Below are positions 51,785 to 64,000 of a DNA stretch of 64,000 bases, piece by piece. Source of the stretch: Eledone cirrhosa (taxonomy: Eukaryota). Location of the stretch: assembly GCA_964016885.1 (NCBI GenBank), contig OZ024743.1, positions 124,310,001 through 124,374,000 of the forward strand, in the 5' to 3' direction. A program made the position numbers and the translations under genes. How positions within the stretch are numbered: position 1 is the stretch's first letter; each line of letters begins with the position of its first letter. The notes beneath the pieces are model-generated. The model was given only the letters and a program-made list of their open reading frames with translations. It was not told the DNA's origin and ran no database searches.

Positions 51785-52393
51785 TCAGGTCACCAGTTGG
51801 TGCTACTGGTAACATGTATCCCAGTACAACCTGTCCCATGGTTGGGTCGTTGGCGACTAAACTGGCAACCCTACCAAGGTTTCTTGGTGAGGAGGGTGAC
51901 TTTGGACATCCTGCAGGACTAAAAACAAAACCTGTCAAAGGGCAAAGGAGCTCTTAAGAGTCAATGGCCATCCGAAATCACCGGGAGAGATGACCCCTTA
52001 GCATTTGTCAAGGCAGAATTCTAGGAGAAGGAAAACTCTGATATAACGCCTGCAACCCTGATGGTATCCAATGATGTTGACTTGTTCTTCTTTTTGGTAC
52101 ATATCATCTTGGTTAAGAGAGTGGGACTGGCTTTGTGCAGTGCCTTTGCTCACTATAAAAGCTTCACGGCACAGGCATTGCTTTATATCTGGAGATCTCT
52201 CTGCACTTGTCGTCACATGGTACCATGGGCCCAGCGCACTGTGTCAATAATTGTCACAGGTGTAGTGTCTGTACCAGAGTTTTCAAGTCGCTGGCTGGAC
52301 TAAAAAGTCACACTCGTTCAGCGCATCGGTAGGGGTTCTCCTACATGGATATAAAGTAGTGGCCGTACTCGAAAACGAGTTGGCAGCCACCAT
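51785..52393 (+). mobile_element. family C retroposon
   Basis: Near-identical to 27749-28345; embedded in (TATG)n. Confidence 0.8.
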
Positions 52394-52959
52394 GTATGTA
52401 TGTATGTATGTATGTATGTATGTATGTATGTATGTAGGTATGTATGTATGTATGTATGTATGTAAATTTTAATGAATATATTTAAGTATATTGCCTACCT
52501 TAGCAGTTCAGTTTCCAACTTACTTTATCGCTTTGATATAAAAGAGATCAGTGAAATATGTACCAGACTCGAAAAAACAAGTGCTGGGTCCGATATGTTT
52601 TATTGAAGCAAGATGGTGCTATAGAATGGCCACAGTCAGGTGACTGAAACCAGTAAACAAATACACACACACACATATATATATATATATGAATGTATGT
52701 ATTTGTTCTGCAAACGTGAAATCGTGTGTTGAAACGGATACTGTTATTTTGAGGATGGTCATATTGCAAATATTGCCACTATAAAGAAACACAGGCACCA
52801 TGTAATTTTCCCATTATCTTTATTGTTCGTTATTCATTTGTTCATCAAAGTTCTTTCGACACACATTCTGTGACCTCCTCAATTATTATTTGTTTTGTGC
52901 CTCCTCTTTTTCCTGGTCTTAAACTTGTACTTCATCTTGTTTTTATTTGTTTTGTGGCA

Positions 52960-55770
52960 CCACAAATTTCACCAGGGATAGATTAATAAAATTTAATAAA
53001 CGGGAGTGGGGATCTGAAAATTTATCCCAAAAAACCGTTCGGAGGAACCCCTTTTTCGGCCGCTTATATTTACGATCATATTATTTCGATCATTACTCAA
53101 GATTCATGATCATAGGTAAAGGTTGGCACGAACACCGAATTGAAGATTTGGCTTTTAAACCTTCCTTCCTGCTTCTGATTACCGAAAGCTGACACTGGCG
53201 CATTACTGAACCAACTTCTGCAATTCTTGGACTTAAATCAGCCTCCCGCCTTCCATTATTCGTGAAAACGACCCCGAGATACTTGAACTTCTCCACCTAG
53301 AGAGGACGAGTGTTTCAGTTTTCGCAGCACTGACATCAAACCTATCAAGTATAAATCGGAAATCACCTTCTATCAAATTAAGTAATACCATGTTGTCTGT
53401 AAATTCCATCTGACTGATTCTACACTTGCAAGTCGTGATACCACTTCCAAACAGGCTGCACATGTCAATCCTGTTCTTAAAAATAATGAAAAGGAAAGGG
53501 GTCAGTACACACCCTTGGCGGAGTCCGAATCCCACATTGAATGGTTTCGATTTAGCACCATTTATCCGAACAAAACTACGAGGGTAATCCCAAAAGTAAG
53601 GTCTCCAAAGCGATAGGGACGCAGAGAAACTGTTCGTACGGCTGTTGGCAACACTTGTGATTGGTGCTTCCTTCACTCCTAAACAAGCATGCGCGCGCTT
53701 CGCTGGGATGTTCGCTGGCAGCCATTGAGAATGGAGCTCCCGTTGAACGCTACCGCCAAGTGCGAATTTCGCGCAGTTATTATATAGAGGGCAATCCCAA
53801 AAGTAAGGTCTCCTTCCGAGGAAATCATGCGTAAAGGTTGGCGGATCACTCTGGATGCTCTCTGCATTTTGTTTCCTGAGGTTTCCCGAAGCACCATCTA
53901 CAGGATTTTAACGGAAAAGTTGCAATATCGGAAGGAGACCTTATTTTGGGGATTGCCCTCGTACTTGGGCATTCGTATAGAGACATCAGGCTAACAAGAA
54001 GCAGACCATCGACCCCATACTCCTGCAGAACCTTCCATAGCAGGTCCCGTGGAACGCCGTCATATGCCTTTTCGAGAACTACAAAGCAAAAATATACCTC
54101 TTCAGAGTACTCCCTCATTTCCTCAAAAACCTGCCGCAGTGTGAATATTTTGTCGGCGAAAACTACACTGTTCATCAGTTAGCTTAGACTCAACAATCTC
54201 CCGACATCTCTTTGGCAGACTCTTAGCATAGACTTTACCAGGGAGGCTTAATAAAGAGATCCCTCTGTAATTGGAACAATCTCTCCTGTCCTCTTTTTTG
54301 AAAATTGGGTTCATCACACCCGATTGCCATTGCTTAGGTGCCTTTCCAGAGATCCAGGCCACCTGGCACATACGAGTCAGCCAGAGAATACCTTCTCTAT
54401 TTAATGCTTTTATCATCTCGGACCGGATTTCATCTTCCCCAGAGGCCTTGCCACATATGCGCTCTTTAATTGCTCTTGTGACTTCAGCCTCCGAGCGATT
54501 AGTCATTGCTTTTAGATGCACCTCGTATTTTGATCGGGTTTAGGAGATCAGCGAAGTATTCTCTCCAACTCGCCAGGATGCACCTATCAGAGGAGAGGAA
54601 AACCTCAGACGCATTCCTGATAGCAGGCGTGGAAGAGGACGTCTTATTACGAAGTCAGTGGATGGTCAGCCAGAAAACTTTATTTGCTGAACTTAAGTTG
54701 GATTCCAGCTTAACCTCAAAGTCTTCCCCTTAACTTTGGACGTATTTACACCTTCTGCTGCGATTCTTCATGTCTGCTCGTACTGCAAGTGCAAGAAGGA
54801 GAACTTATTTCCAATCCAAGTTTGTAGGGTTCTTTCTTTACTCGGATGGCATCTTTGACCTCTTGATTGAACCAAGGGGTCTTCCTGCCATCCGGCGCCA
54901 CATCAAGCCTCTTCCGCTCGCAACATTTAACAGCTGAAGTAGAAACTGCTGAGCCGAACAATTTCCAGTCTGTTTCAATGTCCTCAATTGGCCCAGGGAG
55001 TTTTCTGAATTTGGATCCAATAGTATCTTTATAACTGATCCTGACTTCCATTTCATCCTGTAGGTGGACCTGGACCTGCCAGTTTTGTGGACTTCTTTGG
55101 TTTTAGTTAGTCTCAAGTTGCAGGTAACTAGATGGTGATCAGTTGACAGCTCAGCCCCTCTCTTAACACGAACGTCCATGATAGAATCGAAGAGATCAGA
55201 GACAATAACAAAATCAATTATTGATCTGTCCCTGATTCCCTTTAAACAATGTATATTTATGGGTGTCTCTGGAAGAAGGTGTTTATAATAAAGAGTTCAT
55301 TGCTAGAACAGAAGTATAATAAGGCCTCTCCATTCGAAATTTAGATAAGGGTCACCATTCCGCTCAATCATTCTTTTCCATGTCATGCAGTCAGTGCTAA
55401 CATGTGCATTGAAGTCTCCCATCAGGATATTTGACTCAGTCTTAACTACATTTAACTCTGCAGTGACTTCATGAAGGAAGGAACTGTATTCAGACTTCTT
55501 GTTTTGTGTATAATGTTGCACCACCCACTTTCAGCCTAATCCCCCTCCCAATGCTATCCAATCCATAACACATTCTGACACCCGTGGGCTTGTGAGTATC
55601 CCCACTGCTGCCTGAGCAGTCATTGCTGGCGCCACACTTAAATCGAGGAGTTTCCATCCTCCATCCAAATTTACAGTACCAGAGATACGAAACTATATCT
55701 AACCTCCTCCACTAGTTCCTGCTCCTTACCTGTAAGGGTTGTGATGTTCCAGGTTCAAAATGTTAAGGTT
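52960..55770 (-). mobile_element. RTE (Expander/Rex3-like) LINE, APE+RT, degraded
   Basis: TWNITTL, MGDFNAHV, STDHHLV, NYRGISLLS, EKAYD and GLRQGCVL motifs. Confidence 0.92.
53579..53961. mobile_element. mariner-type MITE, 28-bp TIRs, TA target duplication
   Basis: TA-cgagggtaatcccaaaagtaaggtctcc ... ggagaccttattttggggattgccctcg-TA; excision restores the LINE frame LYECPSSFVR. Confidence 0.9.
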
Positions 55771-56574
55771 TGTTCCTTTTCGAACTCTTTGGAGTTTCGG
55801 GATACACAATATTTGTGCATCCATCCCACGCCTCCCAGAACAGGTCGTACGCCCATCGTCAGGCTTTGCAGCATGAAATGGAGACTAATATATTTTTCGA
55901 ACAGACTCCTCTACCTAAGCAGCCTAAGTTCATTTGAGTTCAAAGCTCCGAAACCATTAAACCAAAGAACACTATGACATATTTGATGATCACCTCCAAC
56001 TCTAGCATTGAAAACTCCCATTATGATAAACCTGTTCATGTATTGAACAGTGGTAACCACTGTGTGAAGCTGATAATAAAATGTTATGATATCCTGCTCA
56101 GATGAATAAAGATTGGGAGTAACAAGTTACTCGTGTAACAGCAGTTTTGTTTGCTAGATAAAGAGAATGAGTCATGATACGATCACTGACACTTTTGGGG
56201 AACGATGATAGGGATCCCGCAACGTCAGATCTAATGACAAAATCACACCAGACTGGCGGTGGACCTCTTCACTTTTTCAGGATCAGAAGGCTGTGTAGCC
56301 TTCTCCCACTTCTTCCATTTGGGACGTTCCAAGGAGTAGTGTTTCACTTATCGCTCAAATATCCAAGTTATATTTGTTTTAATGCATTACAGATGAGGGC
56401 TGATCTTTACTTCAAACTTGAAATGCTGTCTCGGAGTGTCCTCATATTCCAGGAACTAAAATTTATATATATGACAGTCGATTGACTTTCGTCAAATCGG
56501 ACCGAGGAAACAATGTTTCCATTGGTCTTTCCAATTGCTAATACTATCTATCGGTCGCAACTCCAGGTAGAAGG

Positions 56575-56693
56575 AGCAACGTGGAATAAAGTGTCTTGCC
56601 CAAGGACATAACGCATCGCCCGGTCCAGGAATCGAACTCACAACCTCACGATTGAGAGTTCAATTCTCTTACCACTCAGCCACGCGCCTTCAC
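56575..56693 (-). mobile_element. SINE head, family A-related
   Basis: tRNA A and B boxes plus ccttgggcaagacac core on the minus strand. Confidence 0.75.
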
Positions 56694-57335
56694 AAATTTT
56701 TATATATATATCCTGGTCGTTCTTTTTCGGCTGTACGGGTGATTTTAGGCATAATCTCTATGTGTTGGTAATTTAACGATAGTTATAGCTCTGATTTATC
56801 CAAATTATTGAGCCCTCTGCCACTCATATCGGATATTGTTTATCGTTAATTCGTGAGCTGATTTTCCGATACTCGATTATTCTATTATATTTAGCTCTAG
56901 ACCTAGCTATTGACCAGTTAATTTTATTGATAATTTTTTGTCGATTCTATTGACTGATGAATAGCTCCTGTTTATCTTAACATGTCTATTGAGCACTCTG
57001 ATTCGATATGTGATATTTTGTATTCCTACATGATTTCCACATTACCGAAAATGTTTTCGCTAATATAGAGGTTATCTCCCTTGCTGGGCACCATGTGCGT
57101 GTCTGGCTAAAGGTCACTTCTTTATTATCGGACGGAACCCGTTGATAAAGCTCTTCCGGTCCACTCCTTCTCTAGAAGTCTTATATATTTTTATGTGGGC
57201 TGATAGTGAACGGATTAAGGAATTGCAGAAACCCAAGTAGCTAGATTTAACACCCTTCTAGCGGGTCCGGGTAAGTTTTTTACATTCATTTAAATTATTG
57301 ATTTATTGATATTTTATTTGAGTGACCCGAATCTT

Positions 57336-57375
<40 letters not shown>

Positions 57376-57479
57376 CATTTTTACTACAGAATTCCTACCA
57401 ACCTGTCGAGTCACCTTAACGTATGTTGAGAACTTTCCTCACAACTTGTTCTACCAACCTTTGGAATACTCCTAATAAC

Positions 57480-57568
<89 letters not shown>

Positions 57569-57572
<4 letters not shown>

Positions 57573-58283
57573 ATTTGAATGGATACAGTTTAGTTGAAAG
57601 GAATTTATTGACACGTGTTTCTATAACAGTTACATAACCTGAAAACAGCTGCTATCTACAAAGTTTTAGTTATGCAGACATTCAATATTTCAATGTTATT
57701 ATTTACTGTCATTTCATCAGAATAATATTATTGAGGACCTATTTGGTTTTTATAGAGAATATTAGGAGGGAGGGGTGAAGTTGTTAGAAGAATAGTTGAG
57801 GGAGTGGTTTGTTGATAGCAGTGAGAATTTTTGGTGGCAGTGAGTAATTAGATTCCCATCTGTTGTTTTGACATTTTTATAGAATATATTATTGGTTATT
57901 TTTCTAAATTTATAGAAGGATTAGAGATAGTAAAGATATGCGTGGTTGGTTTTGTGTTTGCACTTAATTAACATTCAGACTTAAATTTTTCTTTCAAGTG
58001 TACGTATCCTTTCACCCACGCATTCACACACAAATATATTTGCACACCTCTACAAAATACATATACTCACATTCACATATTCATACTTACATACATATAC
58101 ACATGCATACATATATATATACACACATGTATTCATGTACTTACATACGCGTTCATGTGTATACATTTTCATACTCAACTTATCTTTATATACACACGCA
58201 TAGACACACACATATATACATACATACTCTAGTCTATGTGTACACATATACATATACATACACATCTATACACACATATATAT

Positions 58284-58328
<45 letters not shown>

Positions 58329-60352
58329 AGCACTTTAATACATGAATACACTTACATCCTACTATACACATCAAACATATATATATATTTACTTATTTAT
58401 ATACATTTTCACATATATATACATACTTATGGACGTTTTTAGACACATTCATTATCGCATATTTGCACCTATTTTCATCAGCATATCTTTCCATTATTAG
58501 TGTGGTAATTTAAGGTTATTAATATATGTTGAGAAGAGATTGTTTTTATATTTTTCTAACTAGAATGAGGTTTATATAGTTGGGGGGATGTCCCTCTTTT
58601 ATGTAATATTCGGCTTGTAGTGGGAAAAAAGGGTTTTAGTTCTGTGACGGCAGAATAATGTTCGTTCAATTCTGTTATTCAGCAATTTCTTCTTGTGTGT
58701 GATTATGTAATAAATCTCAAGATTACATAATTTGCAGAAATTTTGGCTCCTGGAAAAGCTTTGGGTTTTAGCTAATTTCTCCCATTTTAGAGTAAACTTT
58801 TGATCGCTATCCCTGAGCGTCCAAGCTTTTTCTGCTAAAGTTGTTACATTTCTTTGGCTCTGGTATTTTATTGAGTAAGAATGCCTATATAATCGAGATT
58901 TGAACGATGTTGCCGTTGATCCCACGTAATACCACTCGTTGCCTCCGGATTTAATGGTACACTTATAAATAATATTTTTTTCCAGGCAGTTATTGCCGAG
59001 GGGGCAGTTGTCAGGATAGGTGCAGTTACAGTTGTGTACGTTGGGTTTTCTCTGGAGTAGTATTGCGGACGAACTTAGGTGTGGTTTATTTATGTTCTGT
59101 AGTGTATTGTCTACTGTTTTTTTTGTGTTTTTTGTACTTAAGTTCTTAGTGTTTTCGTTTAACCTTCTAGTATTGATCTTTTTTATGTGTTGTTCAAGGT
59201 TTAACGCTGTAGAGTATGACAGTCTTATAGTGGTTGGGTTTAGGATTTTGTGGTATTTGTGTGATGTAGGAAAATGTCTCTTAATTATTTTAAAGAAGAG
59301 TACTGGTAAATTTGTACTAATGGAACTATTGTATTCGGGGTTATACCATAAGTACTCTTTGCATCGCTTTCTATTAGTTTAGTTTGTTGGTTTACTGGTG
59401 TGCATACTACGGTAGTAAGTGTGGTTTGGTGTTGTGTTATTATATCTACCTATGTGGGATTTATTTTGGGTGTTTTGATTGTTCCCATCTATATACTCTA
59501 TTTTGTTGAGGTAGCCTGCTTTACTAAGGGCGTTATCGTAGTACTCGGCGTGTTCCTTAAATACTTGTATGTTAGAAGATAGACCCGAGATTCTAAGGGA
59601 AATATTTTTAGGGATAGATTTAATTATAGAGATGGGGTGGTTAGATCCAACATTTACGTATTTGAGATTTTCATTCAATTTATGAAACGGTTTAATCAAT
59701 CCAGAGTTTAAATTGAGTGTGACATCCAGGAAGTTGTTTAAGGTTGTATTCATATGTTATAGTTAGTCCTATTTCGAGTAGTAGTTTTCTTATATCTTTG
59801 CGTAGTTTTTCTAGTTTTTGGTTACTTAGGTTTTTAACTAGGAGGAGAACATCGTCGCGGTATATTCCGCCGTGGAGATTGCTGAATTTTTCCTGGAGTC
59901 TAAAGGCGATAAATAACCCCACAATATCAGTTATTTCCGCCGAATCGTTAGAGCCCATTGTTATGTCAAAGTTAGAGGGTCTATCTTTACGTACCCAATA
60001 ACTGTTCTCAAATTTGACTATAGTTTTCCTAGCTTCTAGTATAATCTTAATTTCATCGTTTGTAAGGTCAGAGTTATCCTTAGCAAACTTAATGGCTCTA
60101 TTCAAAGTTTCAGGTGATATCGATGAGTAATATTCATCGATATCAAACTGGATAAACTTAGATTTATTCTTATTGCTAATGCTATTAAACCATCTTATTG
60201 CTTCTTGGGTCTTCCCCCAGAGTTTAATGTTAACCTTAGCCCTATTTTTCTCCGGATTACTTTTGGAACTACAACTGGAACCGTCGAGCAAACTCTACGT
60301 GAGCTGTCAATCTACTGTGTGTAATATTAATATTACAATACAACGGAAAATA

Positions 60353-60355
<3 letters not shown>
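57569..60355 (-). mobile_element. Penelope-like element, RT + GIY-YIG, one frameshift (~59750) and one TAA stop (59379)
   Basis: FDIDEYYSSI, ITMGS, GIYRDD, FLDVT, WYNP and CNC..CPLGNNCL..IIY..YVGST..RLYRH motifs. Confidence 0.93.
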
Positions 60356-60388
<33 letters not shown>

Positions 60389-61181
60389 TTAGATTTTAGT
60401 TACTGGAATGTGAGAACACATCCTAGATCCAAGGATTGGGGCATGATTGACAGTCGTGAACTAAAATATTTCAAATCATTCATTCTTTTCACTCTTCTTG
60501 CTATCTCTCGGATCATGTACTGCTGCGCGGTAAGTTTTCATTCAAAACTCCAAAAGAGGCATCTTTAAAAGACACCTATCTTATCCAAGGTTGATGTGGG
60601 TACTTTGAGATCCACTGATGGGAGACAGACTAAAACTTTCTGCAAAACTTGACTCATCCTTCGACTCCTGTCCAGATTTCTGATGACATTGAGGCTTCTT
60701 GGAAAGCGCTCAATGATGCCACCTATGCAGCCTCCGTAGAAATCTTAGGATTTCCTATGAGAAAATACCAGGACTGTTTTGATGTAAGCAATTCAAATGA
60801 CCAGAACCTTATCAGCAAGATATATAACCTACATAGGTTATGGATTGGGGATAAACACTCTGTTGAGTGTTTATCCCTAATCCAAAAAAAGAAAGCCTAT
60901 AAAGATTGTAAGCAGCAGGTACAGTTCTCACTGCAAAAAAATGAAGGATGCTTTGTGGAGAGCTGAAGCAGCTGATCTACTAAACGCTCCCGATAAAAAG
61001 GACCCAGAGGCCTTTTATTATGGTCTTATGGTGATGTATGGTGCAAAGGAGAGCAGGTCAAATTCAGTTCTATCTTCTGATAGAGACACAGACAAAGCTG
61101 ATATACTCTCTCGATGGAAAGAACTCTTTGAAAAGGTCCTAAATACTAAATCAAACGTTGATGAAGATGTTATATTATCTA

Positions 61182-62198
61182 CTAGCAGTAAAGCCCGGCG
61201 TTGCTCGGGGTCGCTCAGTAGCTGTGTTAAAGTTACAATGTTAAGTTTCTTTCTTGGCTTAAAAACTGTAGTGTCTACTGTGCAGACTTGCATGTGGTGT
61301 TTTTGATTAATATTCCCTCAACCAACAATATGCCTTATGAAGTTAAGAAAACATAACGATAACCCGAATGTTATAACAAAAGAGGATGCTGGGGATAGAA
61401 ACTGCACTGGTTATTTATTAACAAAGATCGAAAATGTAAACACTGCAACGCAGAGAAAAACATTAGCGTAACCAAATTATCAGTTATGTCTGTCTGCACG
61501 CCTATATCACCTCTCTGCACGACTGTCTGTCTGCACGCCTATATCACCTCTCTGCACGACTGTCTGTCTGCACGCCTATATCACCTCTCTGCACGACTGT
61601 CTGTCTGCACGCCTATATCACCTCTCTGCACGACTGTCTGTCTGCACGCGTATATCACCTCTCTGCACGACTGTCTGTCTGCACGACTGTCTGTCTGCAC
61701 GACTGTCTGTCTGCACGACTGTCTGTCTGCACGCCTAACGACGAAATATTTGCTTGTTTTACGTAGTCTTTAAATAGACTTGTTTTCAAGTAAAAATATT
61801 GTTTTAAAATGCTTTTAAATGGAAATGAAGCAAAACGGAAGCTTAGTGTTCGAACTGATGAATTTTGCAGGTCAATATTTTGCTGGCTCGACAACTGTTC
61901 GTGTATTGTGTTAATGTCATTTTAAACGCTGAGAAAGCCAGCGTAATTTTTTACGTAAGACGCTCAATGTAAACAGAACAAAGGGAAATAACTGATAACT
62001 TACGCTCAAAAATCGATACATTATATTCGATTTCGTCACATAGGGTGGGTCAATTTGAAATATTTTTTTTCCGATGTCTTCGCTAGGGCTCAATGTACAA
62101 GTATAGCAATTTCGGTGCAATTCCGTGAGAGATTCTAAGAGGAGATGTGTGCCAAAAATCGATAGACAGACAGACAACCACAGTTTTATATATATAGA
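61182..62198 (-). mobile_element. non-autonomous Helitron
   Basis: Minus strand: 5' TC(TATA..), 3' hairpin cccgagcaacgccggg then CTAG; inserted at A|T with no TSD; removal restores the LINE frame VILSISQRP. Confidence 0.85.
61487..61736. repeat. 37-bp minisatellite (x5) decaying to 16-bp units, inside the Helitron
   Basis: Unit tgtctgtctgcacgcctatatcacctctctgcacgac. Confidence 0.95.
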
Positions 62199-62762
62199 TT
62201 TCACAAAGGCCGGACATATCCGAATTAGTATTTAACCCAAACTTGAATGAAGTACAAGCTGCTATCAAGCACCTGTCATCCAATAAGCTCCTGATAAAGA
62301 TAGCATCCCACCTGAAATTTTTTAATATCAAATCCTGGTTCGTAAACTTCTTCGGCTATATCTGAAAATCTGGAAGGTCGAACAAAGGTAAAAAAATCTA
62401 TCAGTGAAAATTCTCGCGGCATCTCCCTTCTCTGTATTGCTGACAATAGAAGACTTTTCTGAAACTGTATGTAAAATGCATACAATTTTTGTTCAAATTT
62501 CAATGATAAAACCTTGTTTCTTAGTTAGGAACCGGCTCCTTCTTTTATTAATATAAAAATAATAGGAGAAATATAAAAATTAAAAAAAGGTAGAATTATA
62601 CATATACATGTATACTGATAAATATCAGTACAACACACACACACATACACACACACACACATGTATGTATATATAGTTATATTTATATATACACACAACT
62701 ATACATAAATATGCATGCCTATGTTCAAACATCCAAATACTAACACAACTGCAAAAGAAATT

Positions 62763-63316
<554 letters not shown>

Positions 63317-63538
63317 GCCTAGTGATTCTGTGTCCTCAGTCTAAGGTGGGGGGAGGGTCTAAAACGACCCAAGAAATCGTCCCTCCTCAGCAGACTAACA
63401 CATACTGATATCTTTATGATATCAAATTTATACAAGGAATGAGAAACACATTTGTTTAGGCAAAACTGTTAAGGCAAAACTGAGAGACACGGAATCAATT
63501 TCCCTATGTTTATCTCTACCTGCATTCCTACATATCAC

Positions 63539-63612
<74 letters not shown>

Positions 63613-63719
63613 CATATATATATGTGTGTGTGTGTGTATGTGTGTATAAGCGTATATAATGTGAGCAATTAAGGATGTTTATAAAAACACACACGCATAC
63701 ATACATACACACATACATA

Positions 63720-63950
63720 CATTATGCAGACCTGATGAGAAATCTGCAGATACTCCACCCTGATTACACCTTCAGATTTATTCCTGTGATTATTGGGGCA
63801 CTGGGGTATGTTAGTAACTGCCTCAATACAAATCTTGAGAAACTAGGCTTCACAGGAACAGAAAGAACACAACTAGTTAGGAAATTACAAGTACAATCCA
63901 TTAATGGAACAGTAAAAATATGTAAAACATTCCAAAAATTTTGCATCTAA
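63720..63950 (+). pseudogene. R4/Dong-like RLE LINE extreme C-terminus
   Basis: YADLMRNLQILHPDYTFRFIPVIIGALG; homologous to 3085-3343. Confidence 0.7.
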
Positions 63951-64000
63951 TAACTGCATATACACATGTACAGATACAAAGCATATACACGTGCACACAT

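Larger units (their letters stand above)
60390..62460 (+). mobile_element. degraded RTE-like LINE interrupted by a Helitron
   Basis: HPRSKDW, ILSRWKELFEKVLN, EVQAAIKHLSSNK and RGISLL motifs. Confidence 0.75.

Noticed and set aside
59379-59381. In-frame stop in the PLE as selenocysteine recoding (reported for some Naiad PLEs)
   Set aside because: The codon is TAA, not TGA, and the Cys-block codons are ordinary Cys.

Overview
AT-rich, microsatellite-dense eukaryotic DNA. The SINE repertoire resembles that of octopus/cephalopods (inference from memory; not searched). No host gene can be supported. The window is a nested pile of transposon remnants: CR1, RTE (several families), Tx1/L1-like, restriction-like-endonuclease LINEs (CRE-, R4/Dong- and HERO-like), many Penelope-like elements (PLEs), two abundant tRNA-derived SINE families, Tc1/mariner, piggyBac-like and hAT-like MITEs, a non-autonomous Helitron and three minisatellites. 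Most tracked ORFs are microsatellite or antisense artefacts. The most interesting signal is a set of short (TA)n-embedded foldback+tail elements related to PLE pseudo-LTRs. Several of them fold by hand into type I hammerhead ribozymes (best at 9374-9454 + and 31808-31868 -), and they share a fixed inversion breakpoint and a tail motif. Also visible are a SINE/RTE partner pair with an identical 3' end, a PHD-type finger inside an RTE ORF, a twin-priming-like inversion and an unclassified ~600-bp retroposon in three copies. Coordinates were counted by eye; boundaries of degraded elements are approximate.
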